DNA of 64,000 nucleotides from Alphaproteobacteria bacterium (GCA_021774445.1 JAJFJA010000059.1:155830-219829), one strand, 5' to 3'; counted from the stretch's first letter, positions 36,959-47,013 are shown. The notes: generated by a model from the letters alone, not told the origin. A program made the numbers and translations.

Positions 36959-39322
36959 CTAGATTTCGACCGAGCGCAGGCGCAGCGCGTTGCCGACCAC
37001 CGATACCGAGGACAGGCTCATGGCCGCGGCGGCGAAGATCGGTGAGATAAGAATGCCGAAGAACGGGAACAGGATGCCCGCCGCCACCGGCACGCCGGCG
37101 GCGTTGTAAACCAGCGCGAAGAACAGGTTCTGCTTGATATTGCGCATCGTTGCACGGGCCAGACGCCGGGCCCGCACGATGCCGTTGAGGTCGCCCTTCA
37201 CCAGGGTAAGACCCGCGCTCTCTATGGCTACGTCGGCGCCGGTGCCCATGGCGATGCCGACGTCCGCCTGCGCCAGTGCCGGCGCGTCGTTGACGCCGTC
37301 GCCGGCCATGGCGACCTTCCGGCCCTCGGCCTGCAACTCCTTGATGATACGCGCCTTGTCCTCAGGCAACACGTCAGCGCGAATTTCGTCGATCCCCAGC
37401 CGTCCAGCCACCGCCTTCGCCGTGCGCTCGTTGTCGCCGGTCGCCATCACGATGCGGAAGCCTTCCTTGTGCAGCGCTTTCAGCGCCGCCGGTGTCGTTT
37501 CCTTGACCGGATCGGCGACCGCCACCAGGCCGGCGATTTCAGAGCCGACGATGACGAACATCACGGTTTCACCTTCGTCCCGCCGCGCATTGGCGCTCTC
37601 GGAGAGTCCGCCCCCATCGAGGCCCAGATCAGCAACCAACGTGGCATTGCCCAGCGCTACGGGCTTGCCGTCGACGATGCCCTTGACCCCTTTGCCGGTG
37701 ATCGCCTCGAATTCTTCAGTCTTGGCCAACGCGACCCCACGCGCCTCGGCGCCGCTGACGATCGCCTCGGCGAGCGGGTGCTCCGAACCCCGCTCCAAAC
37801 TTGCGGCCAGGCGCAGCACCTCGGCCTCGTCATGGCCGGTCTCGGGCAAGATGGCAACGAGCTTCGGTTTGCCGACGGTCAGCGTGCCTGTTTTGTCGAC
37901 GATCAGCGTGTCAACCTTGGCGAACCGCTCTAACGCTTCGGCGTTCTTGATCAGCACACCGGCTTGGGCGCCCCGGCCGGTCGCCGTCATGATCGACATC
38001 GGCGTCGCCAGGCCCAACGCGCACGGGCACGCAATGATCAAGACCGCAACCGCCGAGACCAGGGCGTAGGCGAGCGCCGGCGCTGGTCCCCAGAAGGACC
38101 ACACGACGAAGGCGACGGCGGCGATAGCGATCACCGCCGGTACGAACAGGCCGGCCACGGAATCGGCGAGCTTCTGGATCGGCGCCCGACTACGCTGCGC
38201 GTTCGCGACCATCTCGACAATTTGGCTGAGCATGGTGTCGGCGCCGACGCGTTTGGCCTCCATCACCAGGCTACCGGTCCCATTGATGGTGGCGCCGGTG
38301 ACCTTGTCGCCCTCGACCTTCTCGACCGGCACCGGTTCGCCGGAGATCATCGACTCGTCGACCGATGAGCGACCTTCGACCACGACGCCATCGACCGGGA
38401 CCTTGTCACCCGGACGCACGCGCAGCCGGTCGCCAACCTGTACGTCTTCAAGCGGAATTTCCTCCTCGCGTCCGTCGGCGCGGATCACCCGCGCGGTTTT
38501 CGCGGCGAGATCCAGCAGCGCCCGGATCGCCGAACCCGTGCGCTCGCGCGCGCCAAGCTCCATCACTTGGCCAAGCAGGACCAGAACGACGATCACCGCG
38601 CCGGCTTCGAAATAGACGCCGACATTGCCCTCCGGATCGCGGAAACCATCCGGAAAAATCCCCGGCGCCAGCACCGCCACCACACTGAAGAGATAGGCCG
38701 CGCCGACACCCATGCCGATGAGCGTGAACATGTTGAGACTGCGGTTGATCACCGACTTGACGCCGCGCACGAAGAACGGCCTGCCGGCCCACAGAATGAC
38801 CGGTGTGCCCAAGGCCAGCTCGACCCAAAGCGTCGCCCGCTCACCCAGGATATCGCGCACGAAGCCGAGCCCGACGATGGGCCCCATGGTCAGCACGAGA
38901 AGCGGCACCGTCAGCACCGCCCCGACCCAGAACCGGCGCTTGAAATCGACAAGTTCCGGATTCGGTCCTTCGTCGGCCGCCGGAACGCCCATCGGCTCCA
39001 ACGCCATGCCGCAGATCGGGCAGTCGCCCGGTCCGTCGCGCATGATTTCCGGATGCATCGGGCAGGTATATTGGGTGCCCTCGGGCGCCGCCTCGCGCGT
39101 CTGTTCACCGGCAAGATAATGCGCCGGATCGGCGGCGAACTTGTCTTGGCATCCCTGACCGCAAAAGTGATAGGTCGTGCCATCGTGCAGGTAGCTGGGT
39201 TTGCCAACGTCCACTGGCACGGCCATGCCGCAAACCGGATCCTTGGCGGTCTTGTCGCCAACTAGGGTGGTCGCCGTGCTTCGCCGATGGTCGCTGTGAG
39301 CGTGGTGAGCTTTTCCATTCAT
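36959..39322 (-). CDS. copA: copper-translocating P1B-type ATPase (CopA-like) with N-terminal YHS/TRASH and CPxCG metal-binding domains
   Basis: DPVCGMAV...[12 protein letters not shown] (YHS/TRASH), CPMHPEI...CPICGM, TM CPC motif [25 protein letters not shown]. Confidence 0.85.
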   Translation of the reverse strand: MNGKAHHAHSDHRRSTATTLVGDKTAKDPVCGMAVPVDVGKPSYLHDGTTYHFCGQGCQDKFAADPAHYLAGEQTREAAPEGTQYTCPMHPEIMRDGPGDCPICGMALEPMGVPAADEGPNPELVDFKRRFWVGAVLTVPLLVLTMGPIVGLGFVRDILGERATLWVELALGTPVILWAGRPFFVRGVKSVINRSLNMFTLIGMGVGAAYLFSVVAVLAPGIFPDGFRDPEGNVGVYFEAGAVIVVLVLLGQVMELGARERTGSAIRALLDLAAKTARVIRADGREEEIPLEDVQVGDRLRVRPGDKVPVDGVVVEGRSSVDESMISGEPVPVEKVEGDKVTGATINGTGSLVMEAKRVGADTMLSQIVEMVANAQRSRAPIQKLADSVAGLFVPAVIAIAAVAFVVWSFWGPAPALAYALVSAVAVLIIACPCALGLATPMSIMTATGRGAQAGVLIKNAEALERFAKVDTLIVDKTGTLTVGKPKLVAILPETGHDEAEVLRLAASLERGSEHPLAEAIVSGAEARGVALAKTEEFEAITGKGVKGIVDGKPVALGNATLVADLGLDGGGLSESANARRDEGETVMFVIVGSEIAGLVAVADPVKETTPAALKALHKEGFRIVMATGDNERTAKAVAGRLGIDEIRADVLPEDKARIIKELQAEGRKVAMAGDGVNDAPALAQADVGIAMGTGADVAIESAGLTLVKGDLNGIVRARRLARATMRNIKQNLFFALVYNAAGVPVAAGILFPFFGILISPIFAAAAMSLSSVSVVGNALRLRSVEI

Positions 39323-39373
39323 GGCTTCCTCCGAGGGTCACGTTTCGACTTCCGACGACGGCAACACCATCAA

Positions 39374-39715
39374 TCAATCAGATAGCAACCGCCGGCGCTC
39401 TTCGAACTCTTCCTTGTCGATCTCGCCTCGGGCGAAGCGTTTTTCCAGAATGTCGAGGGATCGCGACCCGGACTCTTGGGATGCCGCATCTTGCGGCGAC
39501 CGGCCACCGAGCCAGCGCACCGCCAGTATGACCACGAGGATGAGCCCGCCCCAGAACAGCACCATCATCACCAGGCCGAACGCCATGTGTCCCCAGCCCC
39601 AGTCCCAACCCGGATGCCAGTCGTTCGGACCGGCGGCCGTCGCCTGGGCCAGGGCCGGAAACGCCGCCAGCGCGGCGGGCAGTGCCGCGAACTTATTAAT
39701 CAACGGTCTTAGCAT
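39374..39715 (-). CDS. membrane protein with C-terminal SHOCT domain
   Basis: TM (GLVMMVLFWGGLILVVILAV) plus SHOCT-like ILEKRFARGEIDKEEFEERRRLL; ATG at MLRPLINK chosen. Confidence 0.55.
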   Translation of the reverse strand: MLRPLINKFAALPAALAAFPALAQATAAGPNDWHPGWDWGWGHMAFGLVMMVLFWGGLILVVILAVRWLGGRSPQDAASQESGSRSLDILEKRFARGEIDKEEFEERRRLLSD

Positions 39716-39750
39716 CTGAAACTCCTTAGTGAACCGCGATCGCCTGGGCA

Positions 39751-40074
39751 CTAGGCCAGGCGCTTCGCGAAAAAATTGTAGAGCGGGCCGAAAACCAGCG
39801 CGATGTACCACCCGTAGGCGAATGTCTCGACCAGGCCGAGCACGAAGCTGCTCCAGCTTATCCAAGTGAAGCCGGGGAGCAGGGGCGACCACGCCGGGTT
39901 CATCGCCAGCGCGGGAAACCACAGATCGAACAAGACGCACAGCACGAACGTTAATGACAAGAACGACCCCAGGCCCGCGCCCAAGGCGACGATCGGGATG
40001 TAGGGGACTCTGCGCGCCGGCAACGGCGTGCCTGCGCGCGCGGGTGGGTCGTTGGCGAACGCTGTTTCACGCAT
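39751..40074 (-). CDS. small polytopic membrane protein of unknown function
   Basis: three predicted TM helices; start ATG overlaps stop of upstream YHS gene by 8 nt (ccATGcgTGA); alternative start at 40107. Confidence 0.4.
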   Translation of the reverse strand: MRETAFANDPPARAGTPLPARRVPYIPIVALGAGLGSFLSLTFVLCVLFDLWFPALAMNPAWSPLLPGFTWISWSSFVLGLVETFAYGWYIALVFGPLYNFFAKRLA

Positions 40075-40411
40075 GGGAATGCTCCAATCTTGGCTGTTCA
40101 GGGTCACCGCCGCTCACATACAGATCGGGGGCCGCTTCGAAGACCTCGCGGCACTCGCGTGAGCAGAAGTAGTAGACGTGGCCAGCGTGAACACTGGGTT
40201 TCGCCCTGTCGGTCGTCACTGTCTTACCGCAAACCGGATCGGTATCCGTTTTCGGCGGTACCCAGCGGAGCTCGGCGTTGTCCTCTTGACCGCACCTGCC
40301 GCCCGCTTGGCCAGCGCCGTGGCCGCGCCCCATGATGTGCGCGCCACAGCCGACGCGCATCATCAGGAAAATGAGCGCGCCCCAGAAGGCGAAATAGAGT
40401 AAAGCTTCCAT
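40067..40411 (-). CDS. membrane-anchored YHS/TRASH-domain metal-binding protein
   Basis: N-terminal TM (LLYFAFWGALIFLMM), Gly/His-rich spacer, YHS motif DPVCGKTV...YYFCSRECREVF. Confidence 0.6.
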   Translation of the reverse strand: MEALLYFAFWGALIFLMMRVGCGAHIMGRGHGAGQAGGRCGQEDNAELRWVPPKTDTDPVCGKTVTTDRAKPSVHAGHVYYFCSRECREVFEAAPDLYVSGGDPEQPRLEHSHA

Positions 40412-40460
40412 CCCAGGTTCCTGCGTTTCAGCTTAGGTGGCCGCTGGCCACGCCGGTCAC

Positions 40461-40994
40461 TTATGGCTCGACGCGCTGCAACTGCCCGGTATGCCGGTCG
40501 ACCTCGAAACGCTCGACCAACGAGCCGTCGACGGTGGTGATGTCGGCGGTGACCGTGTCGCGGTCGACCTCCGTGACCTCGCCGACCGTCAGACGGCTGT
40601 TGCCGTGTCTCTCAAGACTATGCTCGAGGAAATGACGCACATCGTCCCCGGAAAGATCCTTGCTGGGGACCACCGGTCCGCGAAACCCGAACCCTGCGCC
40701 CCCCGAGCCCATCATGCCCTGGGGACCTTGGTCCGATCCCATCATTCCGGAACCCATCATGCCCTGGGTGCCAAAGCCCGGCCGCATCATGCCTTGATCA
40801 CCCATGCCTGGCGCTGCCACATTCGACCGGCCACCGCGATGACCGAACTGACCCTGGTCCATATGGGTCAACCCGGTGGGCGATCCCGCCTTGACGTTAC
40901 TGTGACCGCCGGCGGCAAGACCGGGACTAGCGAGCAGCGCAAGCGCCCCCAATCCGCCGATTGCGGCCACTGCCGATTTGCGAAGCTGTGTCAT
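40461..40994 (-). CDS. secreted Met/Gly-rich protein with C-terminal PepSY-like domain
   Basis: signal peptide, repeats GMGDQGMMRPGFGTQGMMGSGMMGSDQGPQGMMGSG, C-terminal VGEVTEVDRDTVTADITTVDGSLVERFEVDRHTGQL. Confidence 0.5.
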   Translation of the reverse strand: MTQLRKSAVAAIGGLGALALLASPGLAAGGHSNVKAGSPTGLTHMDQGQFGHRGGRSNVAAPGMGDQGMMRPGFGTQGMMGSGMMGSDQGPQGMMGSGGAGFGFRGPVVPSKDLSGDDVRHFLEHSLERHGNSRLTVGEVTEVDRDTVTADITTVDGSLVERFEVDRHTGQLQRVEP

Positions 40995-41165
40995 CGTGAT
41001 GCCTTTATGTCTGGTGTTTTCGAACACCCTCAATGTAGTAGGGCCGTGTCACGAGACGACCACCGGCGGGCGCCGTTTGGTAACGGACTGTCACAAGCCC
41101 GGGTCGAGTTATGGTCCGTTACAAATTTCTTCGCGGTCGTGGCGATGACGGGGTATTTTGCCTCC

Positions 41166-41915
41166 ATGAATGTTCCGGGGGCCGCCTTTGCGGCTCACAT
41201 ACTGGTCGTCGACGACGATCGCGAAATACGCGATCTGTTGGGGCGGTTCCTCACCAAGCACGGCTATCGGGTCACCGCGGCGCAGGACGGTAAAGAGATG
41301 CGCCGGGTCCTCGCGGACTGGAGCATTGATTTGGTTATCTTGGACCTCATGCTGCCCGGTGAAGACGGGCTGTCGTTGTGCCGGTATTTGCGGTCCCGAT
41401 CGCAGATCCCGATCATCATGTTGACCATGATGAGTGAGGAAACGGACCGCATCGTCGGGCTCGAGATGGGCGCCGACGACTACCTGCCAAAGCCGTTCAA
41501 CCCGCGCGAGTTGTTGGCCCGCATGAAGGCTGTGCTCCGCCGGGCGCAAAGCGCCCCCGCCGTGGCGGTCAACGGCAAACGGAAGATCCTGCGTTTCGCC
41601 GGTTGGAAGCTCGACTTGGGCCTTCGCCGGCTGGAATCTCCCACCGGGCTTGTGATCGACCTGACCGCCGGCGAGTTCGACCTGCTGGTCGCTTTTGCCG
41701 AGCATCCGCAGCGGGTGCTGAACCGCGATCAGCTCTTAGACCTGACCCATGGCCGGGCGGAGGCACCGTTCGAGCGCAGTATCGATATGCAGATAAGCCG
41801 CCTGCGTCACAAGATCGAGACCGACCCGAAGCAACCGGAATTGATCAAGACGGTGCGCGGCGGGGGTTATGTTTTTGCAGCAATTGTGGCGCCGGATGAA
41901 ACGCTTGATACCTGA
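41166..41915 (+). CDS. OmpR-family two-component response regulator
   Basis: receiver (ILVVDDDREIRDL...DLVILDLMLPGEDG) plus winged-helix output (LTAGEFDLLVAFAEHPQRVL); ATG inside ORF 40437..41915. Confidence 0.8.
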   Translation: MNVPGAAFAAHILVVDDDREIRDLLGRFLTKHGYRVTAAQDGKEMRRVLADWSIDLVILDLMLPGEDGLSLCRYLRSRSQIPIIMLTMMSEETDRIVGLEMGADDYLPKPFNPRELLARMKAVLRRAQSAPAVAVNGKRKILRFAGWKLDLGLRRLESPTGLVIDLTAGEFDLLVAFAEHPQRVLNRDQLLDLTHGRAEAPFERSIDMQISRLRHKIETDPKQPELIKTVRGGGYVFAAIVAPDETLDT

Positions 41916-43269
41916 GTCGATCGCCGCCCGAACCCTTGTCGTATTGATCGTTGGACTCACGGTGTCGCACATCCTGAGTGTCGGCTTGTATTTCACCGAC
42001 CGGACGAGCGCGCTCTTGTTTACCGGTGGCGAGCATATCGGCGAGCGCATCGCGACGATCGGTCGCCTCGCCGAAAATGCGTCGCCGGAAGAGCGGCAAC
42101 GTATCGCCGAGCTCGCGGATTCGACAGCGCTCCATGTCACGCTGAGCCAAGAAAGCGCCATCGACGATCAACAAGATGGCGGCTGGCAGGCAGTGGTTCT
42201 CCGTGATGCCTTGGTCGCCCACCTCGACGATGGGGGTCAACGGGGATTGACACTTCGCCATGCGGATGCGGACACCGTTGAAGTCTGGCGGGATCACCTC
42301 CGCCAAAATCATCAAGTGGAGTCGCTTGGTGAGACGTTTATGGCCTCGCTCCAATTGCCCGACAAGAGCTGGCTCAATTTTGCCGCGCCGGTCACCTCGC
42401 CCGAGTCCTTCTGGACGCTTCGTTTTGCCCTGTCGATGGCCGTGATGCTCCTCGCTGTGGGCATCTTGTCTGCCTTGGTCGTGCGTCATCTAACCAGGCC
42501 GCTGGGCACATTCGTGCGCGCGGCGCGGCGTCTCGGGCTCGATGTCAAAGCCCCCCCGCTGCCTGAAACCGGCCCGGCCGAGGTCCGACAAGCAGCGCAA
42601 GCGTTCAACGAAATGCAAAAACGCATTCGGCGTTTCGTCGAAGACCGGACGCAAATGGTGGCGGCTATCTCTCACGACCTGGGCACACCGATCACGCGCA
42701 TGCGGTTGCGGGCGGAATTCGTCGAGGACGAGGAGTTGCAAAAGAAGATGCTCGCCGACCTAGACGACATGGAAGAGATGGTTTTCTCCGCCTTGTCGTT
42801 CGCGCGTGACGAGGCCACCGACGAACCCAATGCAATGGTTGATCTCAGGACCTTGCTGCAGCGCGTTTGTGACGACATGGCCGACGCCGGTCATGCGGTT
42901 GTGCTGGATGTCGGCGACGATGCCGTGCCATACGGCTGCCGGCCGGTCGCGTTGCGGCGCGCCTTCGCCAACCTCATTGGCAATGCCGTCAAATACGGTC
43001 TTTGCGCGCGCGTGTCGCTGACCAACAGCCAGGACGCCATTCTGGTGACGATTGATGATGATGGCCCCGGAATTCCCGATGAGTTTCGGGAAGACGTTTT
43101 CAAACCTTTCCGGCGACTTGAGGTGTCGAGAAGCCGGGAAACCGGCGGCACGGGGCTCGGCCTGACCGTGGCGCGGACAGTTATCCGCGCGCACGGTGGC
43201 GACTTGACGCTGCTGAACCGTCGTGAAGGGGGCCTTCGGGTCGCGGTGCAATTGCCACGAAGCCTCTGA
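41896..43269 (+). CDS. sensor histidine kinase (two TM, periplasmic sensor, HAMP, HisKA, HATPase)
   Basis: H-box AAISHDLGTPIT, N-box IGNAVKY, G-boxes DDDGPGIP and GGTGLGL. Confidence 0.8.
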   Translation: MKRLIPESIAARTLVVLIVGLTVSHILSVGLYFTDRTSALLFTGGEHIGERIATIGRLAENASPEERQRIAELADSTALHVTLSQESAIDDQQDGGWQAVVLRDALVAHLDDGGQRGLTLRHADADTVEVWRDHLRQNHQVESLGETFMASLQLPDKSWLNFAAPVTSPESFWTLRFALSMAVMLLAVGILSALVVRHLTRPLGTFVRAARRLGLDVKAPPLPETGPAEVRQAAQAFNEMQKRIRRFVEDRTQMVAAISHDLGTPITRMRLRAEFVEDEELQKKMLADLDDMEEMVFSALSFARDEATDEPNAMVDLRTLLQRVCDDMADAGHAVVLDVGDDAVPYGCRPVALRRAFANLIGNAVKYGLCARVSLTNSQDAILVTIDDDGPGIPDEFREDVFKPFRRLEVSRSRETGGTGLGLTVARTVIRAHGGDLTLLNRREGGLRVAVQLPRSL

Positions 43270-43277
43270 AGTTGCGA

Positions 43278-44195
43278 CTACATGACAAAAGCCGCATCGA
43301 CGATCAGCGCGACAAAAACCCCCATCAGGTACAGGATCGAAAATCCGAAGGCGCGTTTGGCCCGGGCGTCATCGGGATTGCGCCACAGGTCAACCGCTAC
43401 GCCCAGATAGGCCAGGGCCAGCAGCAGGGCCATGGCGCCATAGCCGATCCCGGCGATCCCGACGATGACCGGCAAAACGGACAGCGGCACCAGGGCCGCG
43501 GCGTAGACGACCATCCGTCTGATTGTCGCTGCCCGGCCGGCGACGGCGGGCATCATCGGAATCCCCGCCCGCACATAGTCGTCGTTGCGATACAGCGCCA
43601 GTGCCCAGAAATGTGGCGGGGTCCAGAAGAAGATGATCAAGAACAGGCTGAACGAAGCGATGCTGACATCGCCGGTCACCGCGGCCCAGCCGATCATCGG
43701 CGGCAACGCCCCGGCTGCCCCGCCGACGACGATGTTCTGCGGTGTCCGGCGCTTGAGCCAGACCGTGTAGACCAGGATGTAGAAGGCGATCGTCAGCGCC
43801 AGCAACCCTGCCGCCACCCAGTTCACGACCAAACCCATGACCGAGACGGATATCGCCGACAGCGCCAAACCGACCGCGAGCGCTGCCCTCGGCGACACCA
43901 ATCCCGCCGGGATCGGCCGCCGACTGGTTCGTCCCATGATCGCGTCGATGTCGCGGTCATACCACATGTTGAGGGCACCGGCGCCGCCGGCGCCCGCCGC
44001 GATACAAAGGATCGCGACAACCATCAAACCGCCATCGAGCGATCCGGGCGCGATCGCCATGCCGACAAAGCCGGTAAAAATTACCAGCGACATGACCCGC
44101 GGTTTCAGCAACGCCCACACGCCCCACACCGTTTCCCTGGCGGCGGACCGCGTAAGACCGGTGCCTGTCGAAAGACCAGGGGCGATTTCTGTCAT
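43278..44195 (-). CDS. ctaB: protoheme IX farnesyltransferase (heme O synthase)
   Basis: UbiA-family polytopic protein with CtaB/CyoE signature (NMWYDRDIDAIMGRTSRRPIPAG). Confidence 0.85.
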   Translation of the reverse strand: MTEIAPGLSTGTGLTRSAARETVWGVWALLKPRVMSLVIFTGFVGMAIAPGSLDGGLMVVAILCIAAGAGGAGALNMWYDRDIDAIMGRTSRRPIPAGLVSPRAALAVGLALSAISVSVMGLVVNWVAAGLLALTIAFYILVYTVWLKRRTPQNIVVGGAAGALPPMIGWAAVTGDVSIASFSLFLIIFFWTPPHFWALALYRNDDYVRAGIPMMPAVAGRAATIRRMVVYAAALVPLSVLPVIVGIAGIGYGAMALLLALAYLGVAVDLWRNPDDARAKRAFGFSILYLMGVFVALIVDAAFVM

Positions 44196-44254
44196 GATGC
44201 TGATGGGCTCGATCTAGTTTTTTCAATGATCTCGGGTCGCAAGGGCCAACGCAG

Positions 44255-45376
44255 TTACATCTGCATGTCGCCCATTTCCATGCCCTCGGTCATCATCACG
44301 CCCATCATGCCGAGCTGCATATGGAACGGGAACATGCACATGAACATCCACAGACCGGGCTGCTCGATCTTCAGCACCGTTTCGAAGCTGTCGCCCGGCA
44401 TCACCAATGGATTCTCGAAAATCGCCTCATGTTCGGTCAGGTTCCAATCGGCCCGCTGGATGCGATAGCCGACGGACGCCATGCCCGGCCCGGTCATCAG
44501 CATGAATTCGTGCGGTATGTTGCCCCCGTTGGTAATGACGAACCGAATGACCTCGCCCGGCTCCACCATGATGGAACTGGGGCTGTAGCCCCATTCGGTC
44601 ATTTTCACTTCGATTGTCCGGGCGGCCGGCATTGCGGCCCCGGCGGCGACAAGCTCGATTCCGCCACCGCCTTCATGGCCTCCCTCGGCTGCCTCCGCCG
44701 CCTCCGCATGGTCCCCGCCGGCCGCTGTGTCGGCCATGTCCATCCCCGGCATTTGCGCGGCCGGCTGTTCGCCCGGCTGGTCCATCGCCATGGCCGGCGC
44801 CGCATCGGCTTCGGCAGCTTCCATTTGCCCCGATGTGGAGTCGCCCGCCACGCCCTCTGCCATTTGCATGACTTGGCCCGTCGCCGGACTATCCGAAGCC
44901 CCCGCCGCATCCTTGGCGGTCTCCATGACCATGCCCGGCATGGCTTGATCGTCGGTTGCTTCGGCGCTGCCCGCCTCCATCTGCATTGGCGCCGCCGCAT
45001 CGGTCGTGGCTGCTTCGTCCGCCATTTGCATGACTTGCGGTTCGTCCGGCTGGTCCATCGCCATGCCTTCCATCGCGTCGCCCGCGTCGCCGCTTGGCTC
45101 GGCGGCGCCCATCGTCATGCCGGGCATCGCGGTCATTTGTGCCGCCAGTTCTTCGGCCAGATGCTCGGCGTCCGTCGCCGGCAGCTCGAAGACGTCGTGG
45201 CCGATCTCGGTCGACAGTTTCCAGGCCTCTGCCGCCGGCATCAGCCCGGCTTGCCGGTAGCGGTCGATGGGCGTCTGCGCAGCCACCTGCGATGTCGGTA
45301 GCGGGGCCACGACGGTGAAATACCAGGCAACGCCAATGACCAGAATTCCGACAACCAACCACGCACGAACAACCAT
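44255..45376 (-). CDS. membrane-tethered azurin-like type-1 copper (cupredoxin) protein with about 220-aa Met/Ala/Asp/Glu-rich repeat region
   Basis: N-terminal TM (VVRAWLVVGILVIGVAWYF), two about 80-aa repeats rich in M-x-M/QM motifs, C-terminal cupredoxin with azurin-like ligand spacing (PHEF ... CMFPFHMQLGMM). Confidence 0.6.
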   Translation of the reverse strand: MVVRAWLVVGILVIGVAWYFTVVAPLPTSQVAAQTPIDRYRQAGLMPAAEAWKLSTEIGHDVFELPATDAEHLAEELAAQMTAMPGMTMGAAEPSGDAGDAMEGMAMDQPDEPQVMQMADEAATTDAAAPMQMEAGSAEATDDQAMPGMVMETAKDAAGASDSPATGQVMQMAEGVAGDSTSGQMEAAEADAAPAMAMDQPGEQPAAQMPGMDMADTAAGGDHAEAAEAAEGGHEGGGGIELVAAGAAMPAARTIEVKMTEWGYSPSSIMVEPGEVIRFVITNGGNIPHEFMLMTGPGMASVGYRIQRADWNLTEHEAIFENPLVMPGDSFETVLKIEQPGLWMFMCMFPFHMQLGMMGVMMTEGMEMGDMQM

Positions 45377-45395
45377 CCTTTCAGCCTCCCGATGT

Positions 45396-46973
45396 TTATT
45401 CCGCAGGTGCCGGCGTACCGGCGGGCACGGCGATATCGTCGCCCAGCTCCCACGGGTCGCCGCTGCATTCCCTGCCATGGCGCACGGTCAGCGCCAGATT
45501 GACCACGAAAACGAGGAATCCGAGGCCAATCAGATTGGCCGCAATGGTCAACACCATCTGCGGCGTCGCCCACTCGGTTAGCGGCAGGTAGTCGACGACC
45601 CATCGCGGGAAGAACACCAGACCCAGCAGGAACATCATCGTGACCTTGCCGAAGATGCCGATCTGCCAAAGCCAGAAATGCGCGTTGGCGAGGGTCTGGT
45701 TGTAATGGCGCCCGGTGATGTAGGGGTAGACGAAGTAGATGCCGGCGATCGCCATCTGCGCGCAAAAACCCAGGAACATCGCGTGGAAATGCGCCGGTAT
45801 CCAATAGGTGTTATGGATGAAATCGGTATCGATCGAGATTTGCGCATTAATGAACGCCGTTACCCCGCCATAGATCACGAAGAAGATCGCGCCGATCGCG
45901 AATTTGAACGGCACCGCCCGCCGCGCCGAGTCCGGGATGCGCCCCTGCCACAGCGAGGCGATCCAGTTGAACACATGCAGGGTGCTGGGAATGAAAATAA
46001 GCAGCGTGAGAATCTGAAACGCCCGCTGCACCCAAGTGTGCTCGGTCACGGCCGGCTGGAAGTGGTGATGGAAGACGACGAACGAGAGCAGGAACAGCGA
46101 TGAGAAGGCGATGATCGCCGACACGTGGCTCCACATCGGCCGCCCGAGGAAGCGTGGCAGCAGGCTATATAATATGCCGATCGCCGGGACGAAGGGCAGA
46201 TAGACCGCCGGATGGCCGTAGAACCAGAACATCCACAGGAATGTCTTCGTACTGCCCCCGGCGGCGGGATCGAACATCGCCGTCGCGCCGAGCCAATCCG
46301 TCAGCAACAGCGTGCCGACCAGGCTGAGGGCCGGGGTCGATATGACCAGCATGGCGCCCACCGTCAGCATCGCCCAGCCCATCAGCGGCATCGTCATCAG
46401 ACCGCCGCGCCAAGCCAGGGCGTTGCGGATCAGCATCACGCCGGCGAGGAATTCCGAGATGCCGACCAGGACGATCGCCAGATATCCCAGCCACACCAAA
46501 TCGCCGCCGACCCTTAGGCTCATCGGCGTATAGAACGTCCAGGTGAAGTCCGGCCGCCCGACGAGCAGCAATACCGCCGCCAGCGCCAGCAGCCAGTAGC
46601 TCCACTGCGCTAGCCCCGACCACAGCAGACCGTCCAGCTTCAGCAATTTCGGCATCAGGAAATAGCAGACCGACAGCGTCAGCGGGATCACGAAGCCGAA
46701 CACCATCAGCATGCCGTGCAGGGTCAGCAAGGTGATGTAGACCCGCGCCCCGAAATACTGAATGCCGGGAACCGCCAGTTCGGTCCGGAAGGTCAGCGCG
46801 AACAGCCCGGCCAGCCCCAGCATCACCAGCGAGGTGAGAATTCCCTTGATGGCGATGACTTGGTAGTCGTTCGAGAACAGCAGCTCCTTCAGCGTAAGCG
46901 TACCGAGCAGGTTTCTCGGCTGCCAATGAAGGGTTCTCGTCTCGGCAATCTCGTCTGCGGTCGGAAGCGCCAT
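45396..46973 (-). CDS. heme-copper oxidase subunit I, B-family (ba3-like)
   Basis: WFYGHPAVY, FHHHF, HNTYWIPAHFH motifs matching B-type subunit I; 12 or more TM. Confidence 0.8.
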   Translation of the reverse strand: MALPTADEIAETRTLHWQPRNLLGTLTLKELLFSNDYQVIAIKGILTSLVMLGLAGLFALTFRTELAVPGIQYFGARVYITLLTLHGMLMVFGFVIPLTLSVCYFLMPKLLKLDGLLWSGLAQWSYWLLALAAVLLLVGRPDFTWTFYTPMSLRVGGDLVWLGYLAIVLVGISEFLAGVMLIRNALAWRGGLMTMPLMGWAMLTVGAMLVISTPALSLVGTLLLTDWLGATAMFDPAAGGSTKTFLWMFWFYGHPAVYLPFVPAIGILYSLLPRFLGRPMWSHVSAIIAFSSLFLLSFVVFHHHFQPAVTEHTWVQRAFQILTLLIFIPSTLHVFNWIASLWQGRIPDSARRAVPFKFAIGAIFFVIYGGVTAFINAQISIDTDFIHNTYWIPAHFHAMFLGFCAQMAIAGIYFVYPYITGRHYNQTLANAHFWLWQIGIFGKVTMMFLLGLVFFPRWVVDYLPLTEWATPQMVLTIAANLIGLGFLVFVVNLALTVRHGRECSGDPWELGDDIAVPAGTPAPAE

Positions 46974-47013
46974 CGGTACCCCGTTCGTCTGCGAAGTTTG
47001 GTCTAAATGTCCG

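Noticed and set aside
37134-38069. 311-aa plus-strand ORF and neighbouring ORFs 37964..39265
   Set aside because: Antisense to copA, whose P-type ATPase motifs are unambiguous.
44600-45150. Possible CRISPR-like or tandem-repeat array
   Set aside because: The repeats are imperfect, unevenly spaced and lie in one continuous reading frame coding Met-rich protein repeats. No spacer/repeat periodicity and no cas genes.
44321-45301. 326-aa plus-strand ORF and ORFs 44889..45804
   Set aside because: Antisense to or frame-shifted within the Met-rich cupredoxin gene. The sense frame has a coherent TM, linker and cupredoxin architecture.
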